From assembly GCA_963755915.1 (NCBI GenBank), contig CAVWLP010000002.1, positions 3,200,001-3,264,000 of the forward strand: a stretch of 64,000 nucleotides of DNA, given 5' to 3'. Below the pieces are notes generated by a model, which did not search any database, was not told the origin of the DNA, and was given only the letters and a program-made list of their open reading frames with translations. Positions 1 through 11,028 of this stretch are shown in pieces. The stretch's first letter is position 1; every line of letters starts with the position of its first letter. A program made the translations under genes and the position numbers. This stretch comes from an uncultured Phycisphaerales bacterium. GTDB lineage: Bacteria; Planctomycetota; Phycisphaerae; Tepidisphaerales; Tepidisphaeraceae.

Positions 1-2709
1 CCCTCCTGGATGATCAGATTACACTCTTCGGGCAACGCACCTCGGAATCCTTTCGGCCAAGCAAGCCCCACAAGTTTTCGTCCCAGCGGTTTACCTGCGA
101 GAATCCTCAAACTCCTTTGCCCTACGAAAAAGGGCTTGTCGTTTCCGATTGCCCACTCAACTCCCGCCTCATAGGGATGCGTCAGCGCATCCGTATCCTG
201 ACTGATTATCAGATGTCCTTTTTCCAGTCGAAGCAGTCGCTGTGCTTCGACTCCAAAGGGTTTTACTTCAAACTCTTTCCCCGCATCGTAGAGCGTCTGC
301 CAGACATGCTGTCCATACGCCGCCGGCACGTGCACCTCATATCCTAGCTCGCCGACAAAACCAACCCGCATCACAATCGCCCGGACGCCTGCCACGACTC
401 CTTCGCGCACTCCCAGGTAGGGAAAGGCATTTCCCGCGAGGTCGATGTTCGTCAGTTTCGACAATACCGCCCGGCTGTTTGGTCCGGCAAGATTCATCGC
501 CGTGAGATTGCCCGTTGCGTTGCTCATTAAGACGTTCATTTTCCAGATCTGAGCCCACCGCAGCGCCTCGCGGTAAAAGGCCGCAACGCCACTGCTTGTT
601 GCCGTAACGTAAAATCGATCCGCGGCCAGCCGGGCAATGACTCCATCCTCAATCACAATCCCGCTCTCATCGAGCGCGATACCGTACCGATATTTTCCCA
701 CCGCCAGCTTGTCGAACTTCCCGGTATAGATTCGCTCCAGAAACGCCGCCGCATCCGGCCCATTAACTAATATCTTGCCCAGCGTTCCCACATCAATCAA
801 ACCGAGGCTGGCGCGGACCTGCTGGGCTTCCTTCAAAATGCAATCCTCGCGAGGCGCCTTACTGTTCTTGTAGTACTCCGGCCGATACCAATCACCCGCG
901 TGAAAGAAAATCGCCCCGCTCATTTGATGCCAATCGTGCATTGGGGTGCGGCGCATGGGATGAAATCGTCGCCCCGCCAGGTGCCCGATCGGCGCGGGCT
1001 GATAAAACGGCCGCGCCGTTGTCGTCCCCGTTTCGTTGATCGACTTGCCGTTCAGCTTCGCCAGGATCCGCACCGCATTCATATTCGAGAGCTTCCCCTG
1101 GCTCGGGCCCATGCCGACGGTGCTGTAGCGCTTCATCAGTTCCACGCTGTCATAGCCCTCCTGTCGCGCGTTCACGAAATCGGTCAGGTGCACATCTTCG
1201 TCAAAGTCGACAAAATTCTTTTTCTTCGCGTGTTTGAAAACTGGATAGGGATGATTTGGCGGCGAGCCCATCTGTATCGGCTGGGCGGCGATTTCGTCCG
1301 CGAAACGACCGAGAAATTTCGCCGCCGCGAGCCCCGCCCGCCTTCCGTCGCGAAACTGATCATTGAGCGGATAAACCCCCGCAACCCGTCCTGCCAGAAA
1401 TACACCTTCGGGCAAAGAGGCCGGCACGAGTTGGTGAAGATTCTCATCATATCGATATTTGACACCGCCCTGGCTCGTCAGTGACGAGTTTGGCGCCCAT
1501 CCCACCGATACCGCGATTCCATCCGCCGAAATTGTCTTTGCGCGACTTAAATCCGCTTCCCCCTGTGCGTTCAGCGGCGCAATTACAGCTCCTCTCACAC
1601 CGCTTCTTTCCGGGTTCGGCTGCGCTTCATAGATCGTTGAGCCGCGTTCCACAGGCACGCCCGCGCGAGCTACTTCTTGCCCGATTTCCGAATCCTCTCC
1701 CCCCGGCCGCAGATCCGCGATCGAGCTGACTCTCACACCAGCTTCAATCAAGTCCAGGGCCGCCCGATATCCGTCACTGTTGGCTGCAAGAACAACTACT
1801 TCATCAAACGGCTTTACCGCAAAAAGACGGATCAACCGCTGCGCCGCCGACGCTAGAATGACCCCCGGAAGATCGTTATGCCCGAAAACAGCCGGCTGCT
1901 CTATACTTCCGGTTGCATAAATTACGGCTCGCGCCGCAGCTTCGTCATTCGCGTGCCATCAAACAGCGCAATCCAATTATCTGCGTAATGCCCGCCCGCC
2001 ACTGTCGCGCAGCGAATCTCAACATTCGTGAGCGAGTGCAGCGCATCGACATTCTCGCGCATCAACCGATCGGCCTGCTCATCGCGAGCGTGCTGCCAAA
2101 GCAAACTTCCCCCCGGCGCGGTTGCTCGTCAATCAGCAGAACATTGAGCCCGCATTCCCCTGCCGCCCGTGCGGCCGAAAGCCCCGCCGGTCCTGCGCCA
2201 ACCACGAGCACGTCGCACCACGCGTAATCCTTCGGACTGTGAGCCGCCGCAAAGCCCGGGTTAATTTTCCCCAATCCCGCGACCGCGCGGATCTTTCGTT
2301 CGTGAAACGGAAACAACCAGCTCGGCCGGTGAAATGTCTTGTAATAAAATCCCACGGGCATAAACCGGCTGAACTTCTCCGTGATGTTCATCCAATCTTT
2401 GCGAAGGCTTCCATACGTATTGACGGCACGCAGGTCCATCCCTGGCGCAATTGGAACGGAATCGCCGCGCAAGTTAGTTCGCCTTCCATCCGTGAACATC
2501 GCATTCGAATCGTGCCCCGCAAAACTGTAGCTTCCTCGCGGCCGATGATACTTAAAGCTTCGCCCAACCAGCCGGACATCATTCGCATATAGCGCGCTGC
2601 AGATTACATCGCCCGCAAAGCCGCGAAAACTCTCCCCTTCGAATTTGAATTCGACGGGGCGTCCGCGGTCGATCCATTCGTTGCGCTGCTTGCTCAGTCG
2701 GCGATTCAC
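1..2709 (-). CDS. mgdC: Sarcosine-oxidase-alpha-like subunit of N-methylglutamate dehydrogenase; runs off the left edge, frameshifts near 2100 and 1920
   Basis: GTG at 2709 gives ...GRSFKYHRPRG and DVLVVGAGPAGLSAA. Read manually further downstream: ATGSIEQPAVFGHNDLPGV, KNFVDFDEDV, ELMKRYSTVGMGPSQGK, then an aminomethyltransferase-like region. Confidence 0.9.
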
Positions 2710-2969
2710 TTGTGCGACTCGCTCCCGAATAAATACGTGCGAAGAATTTCGTCGGTTACAATGTTTCTCTCCGCAACCAACCAGGTATTGCTCGCCAGGT
2801 GAAACCACCACTCCCGCTTGATTCCCGGCTCTCCATCGCGATTGAAAATGTAGTCCGCCCACTGCGAATCCGTCGCCGTTTCCGGGTCGGGCATTTCCCT
2901 CAATTCCCCGCCGAAAACAAATTCCTGGATCGGCCGCGGTCCATTTATCGGGCAATTTAATATCTTCAC
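2706..2969 (-). CDS. mgdB: Sarcosine-oxidase-delta-like subunit (N-methylglutamate dehydrogenase)
   Basis: MKILNCPINGPRPIQEFVFGG...WADYIF...EWWFH...ERN; lies between the beta and alpha subunits. Confidence 0.9.
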   Translation of the reverse strand: MKILNCPINGPRPIQEFVFGGELREMPDPETATDSQWADYIFNRDGEPGIKREWWFHLASNTWLVAERNIVTDEILRTYLFGSESHK

Positions 2970-2985
2970 AACTTGCGTCCTTTCA

Positions 2986-4228
2986 TCAGTGTCCAACAGA
3001 CGCGGCTCCCTTTTCGCCGACCAGCGCAAAGTCGCCAAAACGACTCAGATTGAACGGCCTGATCAATTCATGATCTTCATCGCGTGCCACCGTGTGCGCC
3101 ATCGTGTACCCGCACACCGGTGTCGCCTTGAATCCCCACGTACCCCAGCCGGCATCGATATAAAATCCCTTGATCGGGGTGGTGCCCATGATCGGCGAAA
3201 AATCCGGCGTCATGTCCGACATCCCCGCCCATTGCCGAAGTATCTTTACATCCGCCAGGAATGGAAACAGGTCCACGAGATGACCCGCCAATCCCTCCGC
3301 AAAATCCAGGGTCGATCGCATCGACATTAACTCATACGGATCCAGCGACGCCCCCGTCACAAGCTCTCCCCGTGACGACTGGCTCACATAGGTATGCAAT
3401 CCCGCTGACACCACGATCGAATCCAGCCAGGGCTTCAGCGGCTCGGTTACCATGGCCTGAAGCGGATAAATCACCAGCGGAGTCCGCAGGTTGACCATCT
3501 TCTGTATCCGCGTCGTCCATCCCGCCACCGCGGATAAAACCTTTTTTGTTCGGATATACCCTCGGCTTGTGTGCACGCCTTCAACGCACCCATCCCGCAC
3601 TTCAATTCCGCTCACCGAGGTCTGCTGATGGATCTCCACTCCCTTGCGGTCGGCCCCGCGCGTAGGCCCAGGCGACCGCGTCATGACGCGCGATCGACCC
3701 TGGCGCATGATACAGCGCCCCGACAATCGGCGGCTGATGCCCGCCGCACGCCAGGTCAATTTCCGGAATCGTCTTCTTGATAAATTCGGGACCCACCACT
3801 TCCGAATCGATCCCCAGGTGCTTGTTCACTTCCGCCCGCCATCGTTGCGTGCGCAACGACGCCGTCGAATGCGCAATCGTGAAGTGGCCGCGTTGTGAGT
3901 AAAAAAGATTAAAATCCAGCGTCCTCGAAAGATCGCGAAACAGATCGACGCTGAACTGGTAAAATTTGGCCCCCTCCTCGGTCAAATAATTGGATCGCAC
4001 GATGGCCGTGTTCCGCCCCGTCCCGCCGTGCCCGATATAGTTACTCTCGATGACCGCGATATTCGAAGTATTGTGCAGATTCGCGAGATAATACGCCGCT
4101 GCCAGCCCATGTCCGCCTCCCCCGATGATGACGACGTCATAACTGTCGCGCAGCGTTTCGGGCGAACGGAACATCCGAGGTTCTGGATATTCCCGGCTAA
4201 GCGCAAATCTCAAGAGTTGGATCGGCAT
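2986..4228 (-). CDS. mgdA: Sarcosine-oxidase-beta-like FAD subunit (N-methylglutamate dehydrogenase); frameshift near 3650
   Basis: YDVVIIGGGGHGLAAAYYLA, GGTGRNTAIVRSNY, ARHDAVAW and GWGTWGFKATP, split over ORFs 3602-4228 and 2986-3759. Confidence 0.92.
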
Positions 4229-4249
4229 GCGGCGCGATTTCCGAACTTT

Positions 4250-5105
4250 CTATTTGAACACGACCGTCTTATTGGAATTCAGCAGCACGCGATCCTCCAG
4301 GTGATAACGCAAGCCGCGCAAGCACGGCTTTTTCCACGTCCTGGCCCGTTCGCATCAACTGCTCCACGGTGTCCGAGTGGTCGCTCCGGAAGGCGTCCTG
4401 CTCAATGATCGGCCCCTCATCGAGTTTCTCGGTAACGTAATGACACGTGGCCCCGACAAATTTCACCCCGCGCGCATGCGCCTGCCGGTAGGGGTGCGAG
4501 CCAACGAACGACGGTAGAAAGCTGTGATGGATATTGACGATGCGTGCCGGAAATCGTTCGCACATCCAAGCCGGCAAAATCTGCATGAAACGCGCCAGGA
4601 CGATCACATCCGCCCGCGCCTCGTCGATAATCGCCGCGATTCGCCGAAACGATTGCTCGCGATTCGGGCTTTCCATCGGCACGTGATGAAACGGCACTTT
4701 ATGCCATTCCACGTAACTTCGACTGTCGTGGTGATTCGAAATCACCGCGCCCAGATCGAAGCTCATCTCCCCGCTGCGCCACCGATACAGCAGATCGTCC
4801 AGACAATGCGTCTGTTTGCTCACGAGAATCACCACGCGTTTCCGCACCGACGTGTCGGAAATATTGTGCTGCATCGAAAATTCCCGCGAAATCGGACCAA
4901 ACCGCTGCCGAAGTCCTTCGATTCCAAACGGCAGGGATTCCGCGAGCGTCTCTTGCCGCATGAAAAATCGCTTCGAATCCGGATCCGCGTGATTCTGCGA
5001 TTCAACGATCCATCCGTTGTGCTGCGCGAACAGCGAACTGACCGAGGCCACGATTCCCACCCGATCCGGACAGGACAGCGTTAGGATGAATCGACGGGAA
5101 TTCAT
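4250..5105 (-). CDS. purU: Formyltetrahydrofolate deformylase; 1-bp frameshift near 4315
   Basis: LTLSCPDRVGIV ACT domain, VLARFMQIL, NIHHSFLPSF and GATCHYVT.LDEGPIIEQD. The shifted frame continues RGLRYHLEDRVLLNSNKTVVFK* to a stop at 4250. Confidence 0.95.
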
Positions 5106-5118
5106 AAACCTCGCGTAA

Positions 5119-6478
5119 TCAGATAGAGGTCAGGTATTCGTCGATCTCCCACCGGCTGATCTGGCGGTGATACGTATCCCACTCCGCCGACTTAAAATCG
5201 ATGAACTCCTTCGCGATCGGCCCCAGCGCCGATTTCACGACCTCATCGCGCCGCAGCTCCTCTATCGCTTCAAAAAGCGATTGCGGCAAAAGCTGCACGC
5301 CCTTGGCCCGGATTTCATTCAGTGAAAGCGCGTACATATTCCCCAGGTTCGGCTCGCCCGGATCCAGCTCCCGCCTAATCCCATCCAGCCCCGCGCTGAG
5401 GTATGCCGCCAGTGCCAGGTAAGGATTCGTGCTCGCGCTGATTGCCCGATCCTCAAAATGTCCCGGCCCAGCGGTTCGGATCATTTCTGTCCGATTGTTG
5501 TCTCCATAGGTAATAAACGCCGGCGTCCACGTATAGCCCGACCGGCTTGAATAGAGTCCCGCACCTATCTGGAGCCGCTTATAACAATTCGCCGTTGGAC
5601 TTGTCACCGCACAAAGCGCCCGTGCGTGATGCAGAATCCCGCCGACAAAGTGATACGCCAGCTTCGAGCACCCCAGCCCGCGCTTGTCTTCCTTATCCAC
5701 GAACAAATTCTTCCCTGTCTCCCTGTCCGCCAAGTGATAATGCGCATGCAGCCCCGAGCCCGTGCGATCGCTGAAAGGCTTGGGCATAAACGTCGCGATC
5801 GCGCCAAACTTCTTGGCAATCTGCGACGCCGCCATCTTGAAAAACGTGATACGGTCGCAGGTCGTCAGCGCATCGCTGAATTTAAAATTCACTTCGAACT
5901 GTCCGTTGGCATCCTCATGATCGCACTGGTAAACGTCCCAGCCCAGCTCATTGAGCGCGACCGTCAACTCCTGCAAATACGCCATCGCCGGCGCCATCGA
6001 CCGAAAGTCGTAGCACGGCTTGGCCAGCGTGTCCGCGCCGTCCGGGTTCCACGGCTGAATCGACCCATCCGCACTCCGAGTCACCAGAAAATGCTCCGGC
6101 TCCATCCCCACATTGAAGACATACCCCTCTTCCTTCGCAGCATTCAAGACCCGCTTAAGATTCGTCCGAGCGCAATAAGGATACGATTGCTCATCCACAA
6201 ACAAATCGCTGGCAAAACGCACCGTGTTGGGTTGCCACGCCAAACGGGTATACGTCGCCGGATCGATCCGCGCCATCATGTCGTGCGAAATGCGCTCCCT
6301 GTCCGACGCCGCGCACGGCGCCCCCCGCAAATCCGGCCCCCGAATCCACCGCTTCGTCGAAGCACGAAGCCGGCATCATCTTCACCTTCGCGCCTCCCGT
6401 GACGTCGACGAACTGCACGAGGATGAACTCGATCTTCTCTTCCTTCAAACGGTTTTTAATTTCAGACCGGCTGGGCAT
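5119..6478 (-). CDS. gmaS: Gamma-glutamylmethylamide synthetase (glutamine synthetase-like); frameshift near 6290-6330
   Basis: FVDVTGGAKVK, GAGFAG, HEDANGQFE, TFMPKPF, GDNNRT and NPYLALAA; flanked by mgs and mgd genes. Confidence 0.88.
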
Positions 6479-6556
6479 GATCGCACCTCTTCGTTGGAAG
6501 CTTGCCAATGAGCGCGGTCAGATTCTCTTTCGGTTGGTCCATCTCAAAATCCAGCG

Positions 6557-7896
6557 CTAAAGATTCCCCACCCCGGGAATCCAGTTCGTTCCCGCCAGCG
6601 GTACCTTCGCCATCGCTGCTGACTCAATCGTCAAGGCTACGAGGTCATCCGGCTCGAGGTTGTGCACGTGCGACTTCCCGCAAGCCCGCGCGATCGTCTG
6701 ACATTCGAGGGTCAGCACCCGCAAATAGTTTGCCAGCCGCCGTCCTCCCGCGATCGGGTCCAGCCGCTTCGACAGCTCTTCATCCTGCGTGGTGATCCCA
6801 GCGGGGTCTCTTCCGTTTTGATAGTCATCGTAAAATCCTGCCGCCGACCCCAGTTTGCGATACTCCTCATCCAGCGCCGGATCGTTATCGCCAAGCGCAA
6901 TCAGCGCCGCCGTCCCGATCGAAACCGCGTCGGCTCCCATCGCCAGCGCCTTGGCGACGTCCGCGCCGCTGCGAATTCCCCCCGAAACAATCAGTTGCAC
7001 CTTCCGGTGCATGTCCAATTCCACCAGGGCCTCAACTGCCTGCCGAAGCGCCGGCAGCGTTGGAATGCCGACGTGTTCGATGAAAACATCCTGTGTTGCC
7101 CCGGTTCCGCCCTGCATTCCGTCCAGCACAATCACATCCGCCCCAACTTTCACGGCCAGCGCCACATCGTAATAGGTTCTTGACGCGCCAATCTTCACGT
7201 AAATCGGCACGCGCCAGTCGGTGATCTCGCGCAACTCGGTAATTTTGATCGCCAAATCGTCCGGCCCCGTCCAATCCGGATGCCGGCAAGCCGAACGCTG
7301 ATCGATCTCTTTCGGCAGAGTTCGCATCTGCGCCACGCGGTCGCTGATCTTCTGCCCTAGCAACATGCCCCCACCGCCAGGCTTTGCCCCCTGTCCCAGC
7401 ACGATCTCGATTGCGTCAGCCTTGCGAAGATCATCGGGATTCATTCCATAACGCGAGGGGAGTAGCTGGTATACCAGAATCTTCGAGTGTTCCCGCTCCT
7501 CGGCGGTCATTCCCCCGTCCCCGGTTGTTGTGCTGGTGCCTGCTTCGCTCGCCCCGCGCCCAGCGCTTCCTTGGCCTGTGCTGACAGCGAACCAAAACTC
7601 ATCCCCGCAATCGTGATTGGAATGCTTAGCTTAATCGGATTCTTCGCATACCGTGTCCCCAGCGTTACCCCACAATCGCACTTCTCCCGATATCCTTCCA
7701 ACGGATATCTCGACATGCTCGCCCCCAGAAAAACCAAGTCATCAAAATTAGGCAATCGCCTCTTCGCGCCAAAACCCCGGATGTGGTAGATCCCCGTCTC
7801 CGCGGCCCGCTGGATCTCCCGGATCACGCCCCGGTCAAACGTGGCGGATTCCCGAAGTATGGGAGCGGCTGCCTTGGTGGAATTCGTATCAAGCAT
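6557..7896 (-). CDS. mgsC: N-methylglutamate synthase FMN subunit; frameshift near 7555
   Basis: IAGMSFGSLS, GQGAKPGGGG, RSACRHPDWTGPDDL and DGMQGGT. Confidence 0.92.
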
Positions 7897-7911
7897 GGCT
7901 CTTTCCGATGG

Positions 7912-8625
7912 CTAATACATCGATGCGTGATCCACGTGAAAGTTGTAGAGCTTCCGCGCCGAACCATAGCGACGGAATTCTCGCGGTTTAACGTCGGGAA
8001 CTTTTGCCTTTTCCAACAGGCCTGCCAGAAGCGCCATATGCTCTTCCCCCATCGGCTTCTCTACGCAATCGGCCCCGAGGCTCTTCGCCCGGCCGCGCAC
8101 GAAAATCTTCGCCTCGTAAAGTGAATCGCCGATCGTCTCGTCAGCGTCTCCGCAAACAACAAGATTCCCCGCCTGCGCCATGAAACAAGCCATGTGTCCC
8201 ACCGACCCATGGACGACAATGTCGATCCCCTTCATCGAAATCCCGCAGCGGCTGGATGCATTTCCTTCAATAACCAGCAGCCCCCCATGTCCCGATGCCC
8301 CTGCGCATTGGCTGGTGTGCCCCTTCACCCAAACGACGCCCGACATCATATTTTCCGCAACTCCGACTCCCGCCATACCATGAATAGTGATCTCCGCCCG
8401 CTGATTCATTCCCGCGCAGTAGTAGCCGACCGGTCCTTCAATATCGATCTTCACTGGAACCCTGACCCCCGCCGCGACCGCATGTTTTCCCCTTGCATGA
8501 AGAATCCGCCACGGTGCTGCTGCATCCTGTTCCGTCAGATTGTGCAAGCGCTGGTTCAGTTCGCGAAGGTCACCTTTCCCCAGATCGTAGGTTTCAACCG
8601 AAGTCTCTATGGATATGGCCGACAT
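7912..8625 (-). CDS. mgsB: N-methylglutamate synthase GXGXG subunit
   Basis: ATG at 8625 (MSAISIE); GYYCAGMNQ, GVAENMMSG, RCGISMKG and YGSARKLYNF. Confidence 0.92.
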   Translation of the reverse strand: MSAISIETSVETYDLGKGDLRELNQRLHNLTEQDAAAPWRILHARGKHAVAAGVRVPVKIDIEGPVGYYCAGMNQRAEITIHGMAGVGVAENMMSGVVWVKGHTSQCAGASGHGGLLVIEGNASSRCGISMKGIDIVVHGSVGHMACFMAQAGNLVVCGDADETIGDSLYEAKIFVRGRAKSLGADCVEKPMGEEHMALLAGLLEKAKVPDVKPREFRRYGSARKLYNFHVDHASMY

Positions 8626-8626
8626 G

Positions 8627-9526
8627 TTAATTCTGTGTCCACGTATAAACCGTGCCCGGCTTGGGTTCCCAGATATTGGCGTCATCGATTCCCGGCAAAT
8701 GCGCCAGCGCCTGATATTCACTTGCCATCCCAACATAACCGCTGGTTTCCACGATCACGGCCGGCTTGCAGGCAATCGGATCCCGCAGCACCGCAAATCC
8801 ATCCGCTGTTCCCACAGCAAACGTATAGAACCCATCCAGATCGCTAATCGCAGACTCCAGCGCCTCCTCAAGCGTTTTATTCTGCCGCATCTGCCACATC
8901 AGATACCCCGCCGCCACCTCCGAATCATTCTCCGTTCGAATGTCGATCCCCTCGCGCACCAGTTGCCTCCGCAGCCGGTTGTGATTACTCAGGGACCCGT
9001 TGTGGACCAGGCATAGATCCATCCCCGTTGAGAAAGGATGCGATCCATCTGTTGTGACCGCGCTTTCAGTTGCCATCCGCGTATGCCCGATGATGTGCGT
9101 GCCCCTCATTTTTCTGACCCCGAACCGATCGGCGATCAACCGCGGCGATCCCACTTCCTTCAGTATCTCAATGCTTCTTCCAACGCTCATGATCCGCACG
9201 GACCCATCCAATTCGGCCAATTGTTTCTGAAACTCTGATTGCTTCGCTTCTAATTTGAAAATCGCGTAATTGCCGTTGGTCGCAAAATCGAATTGACCGT
9301 CGAATTTTTCCTGGAGTTTGTCAGCCAGCGTTTTCCAGTCGTGCTCCATCGACCCATGCCGGAGTGTGATCTTGATGCACCCCTCAGGTACCACGTTCCC
9401 GTACAGGGCAAATCCCGCGCTGTCCGGCCCGCGGTTGCCCATGCAATCGAGCATCGGGGCAAACATCTCCCCCAGCCGCTCCGACAGCGTCTTGTCCTTC
9501 AAAAATAGCCCGATGATCCCGCACAT
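8627..9526 (-). CDS. mgsA: N-methylglutamate synthase class II amidotransferase subunit
   Basis: Ntn start MCGIIG at 9526; RGPDSAG, GHTRMATES, HNGSLSN and RDPIACKP. Confidence 0.92.
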   Translation of the reverse strand: MCGIIGLFLKDKTLSERLGEMFAPMLDCMGNRGPDSAGFALYGNVVPEGCIKITLRHGSMEHDWKTLADKLQEKFDGQFDFATNGNYAIFKLEAKQSEFQKQLAELDGSVRIMSVGRSIEILKEVGSPRLIADRFGVRKMRGTHIIGHTRMATESAVTTDGSHPFSTGMDLCLVHNGSLSNHNRLRRQLVREGIDIRTENDSEVAAGYLMWQMRQNKTLEEALESAISDLDGFYTFAVGTADGFAVLRDPIACKPAVIVETSGYVGMASEYQALAHLPGIDDANIWEPKPGTVYTWTQN

Positions 9527-9541
9527 TGACAGTACCAAGCG

Positions 9542-9558
9542 TGTTCAATAATTGAACA
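9542..9558. promoter_or_regulatory. Palindromic operator, copy 1 (TGTTCAATAATTGAACA)
   Basis: Perfect 8-1-8 palindrome between the predicted mgsA promoter and its start codon. Confidence 0.8.
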
Positions 9559-9581
9559 TAGCGGCCTTCCAAGTCAGGCGA

Positions 9582-9610
9582 AGTGTAAGGCCGACAATAT
9601 AGAAAGTCAA
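9582..9610 (-). promoter_or_regulatory. Sigma70-type promoter of the mgs-gmaS-purU-mgd operon
   Basis: TTGACT, 17-nt spacer, TACACT on the minus strand. Confidence 0.7.
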
Positions 9611-9647
9611 AAGAAAATGGCTGAAACAATCATGTCATGGTTTTAGC

Positions 9648-9680
9648 TTGACAAACCGCCAACGTGTTCAATAATTGAAC
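9648..9680 (+). promoter_or_regulatory. Sigma70-type promoter of the regulator, overlapped by operator copy 2
   Basis: TTGACA at 9648, 16-nt spacer, AATAAT at 9670. CGTGTTCAATAATTGAAC at 9663-9680 is identical to 9540-9557. Confidence 0.7.
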
Positions 9681-9684
9681 GGTC

Positions 9685-10290
9685 GTGAAAATCCTCCACT
9701 ACAATGACGAGGAGAAAGAGCTTCACAAATATCTCGCCGACCGCGGACAAGAAAACGTGATCCTACCCGCCGGCGCTGATGTCTTCTCGCTCGTTCGCCA
9801 AGAGGCGTTTGATGCCGCCTTCATCGGGCTGCATCCCCACGGCCTGCAGCTCATCCGACTTCTGCACCGAAAAAATCCCGATTGCCTCGTCACCATGATC
9901 ACTGCCGACCGAAACGCCCGCATTGCCGTAGATGCCATGAAGCTCGGCGCGTTCGACTATCTGCTCTCTCCCCTCGATTTTTCTGAGGTGGAACGCGCCG
10001 TGATCATGATGGCCCGTGAGCAGCAGGGTCAGGACGAACGTCGCGGCCTCGAAGGCCAACTTGCCGGCGTAAACGACGGTTCCAGTCTCGGCTTCCCCCG
10101 CCCACCCGCCCTCGATAGCGTGCCTATTCGTGGCCGCCTCTGCGATATCACTGCTGAATTCGAATCCAAGGCGATCTGGCAGGCGCTCAAGGACAATCAG
10201 GGCAACCTCTCCGAAGCTGCCAAAACCCTCGCCATTAGCAGGACCACCCTCTACGCCAAGATGGAGCGCTACGGCATCCCTAGACAGTAA
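9685..10290 (+). CDS. Atypical receiver-domain + Fis-type HTH regulator (NtrC-like, no AAA+ domain)
   Basis: TMITA...AVDAMKLGAFDYL receiver C-terminal half; C-terminal GNLSEAAKTLAISRTTLYAKM HTH_8; only 201 aa. Confidence 0.85.
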   Translation: MKILHYNDEEKELHKYLADRGQENVILPAGADVFSLVRQEAFDAAFIGLHPHGLQLIRLLHRKNPDCLVTMITADRNARIAVDAMKLGAFDYLLSPLDFSEVERAVIMMAREQQGQDERRGLEGQLAGVNDGSSLGFPRPPALDSVPIRGRLCDITAEFESKAIWQALKDNQGNLSEAAKTLAISRTTLYAKMERYGIPRQ

Positions 10291-10310
10291 CCGCGGTACC
10301 CTAATAGAAC

Positions 10311-10335
10311 CGTCACCAATTGCATAATTGTGACG
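10311..10335. promoter_or_regulatory. Candidate GntR operator A
   Basis: CGTCAC-N13-GTGACG inverted repeat; 20/25 identical to 12089-12113. Confidence 0.55.
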
Positions 10336-11028
10336 ACACGATACGATGGTCCTTCGGACACTACTATGGAAGGCACCGTCGCTTCATCAATTCAGCGCGA
10401 GCAAGCCTACGGCTCTTTACGCCGGCTCTTGGTGTTGCAGCAACTGCCTTCCGGCCGCCGACTCCGCGAGCCAGAATGGGCCGTTCGGCTGGGCGTGCAT
10501 CGAACCGCTCTTCGTGAGGCTTTCGCTCGCTTGGAAGCGGAGGGACTCATCGTCCGCGGTCCCCAGACCGGATATTTCGTCCCCGCTCTCACCGATGACG
10601 ACCTGATCGAAATCACCAAACTCCGACTTGCCCTCGAATCGTTCGCCATCGACGAAATCTGTACCCTTGAGGAGAAATCATCCTCCCTCTCCGAGAGCCT
10701 CGCTCCGTTAAAAAAAGCCTGCGACGAATTCGAGCAGTTTGTAAACGGCGGTTATTTGCTCGGCGTCGTCGAAGCCGATCATCGATTCCACGAATCCCTC
10801 GTCAACGCGGCCGGAAGCCGTCGCCTTTCGATGCTCTACAATCGTGCGCCTCTGCCGCTCATCCAGCGTCAAATGGAAGAGCCCGAGGTCTGGATGGAAG
10901 TGTGCCGCGCCGCGCTCGCCGAACACCGCCAGATCCTGGCGGCACTCGCCCGCCGCGATGCCCCCCAGGCCCGCCAGCGCCTCCACGAACATATCACCAA
11001 GCGATCGCCTGTTTCTATCGCCCGCTGA
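10330..11028 (+). CDS. GntR/FadR-family regulator with FCD domain (start may be slightly downstream)
   Basis: LGVHRTALREAFARLEAEGL HTH; DHRFHESL and EHRQILAAL FCD motifs. Confidence 0.9.
   Translation: MTTRYDGPSDTTMEGTVASSIQREQAYGSLRRLLVLQQLPSGRRLREPEWAVRLGVHRTALREAFARLEAEGLIVRGPQTGYFVPALTDDDLIEITKLRLALESFAIDEICTLEEKSSSLSESLAPLKKACDEFEQFVNGGYLLGVVEADHRFHESLVNAAGSRRLSMLYNRAPLPLIQRQMEEPEVWMEVCRAALAEHRQILAALARRDAPQARQRLHEHITKRSPVSIAR

Noticed and set aside
5119-9526. Ordinary glutamine synthetase plus glutamate synthase (GS-GOGAT)
   Set aside because: The split three-gene synthase next to sarcosine-oxidase-like subunits is the N-methylglutamate pathway arrangement.
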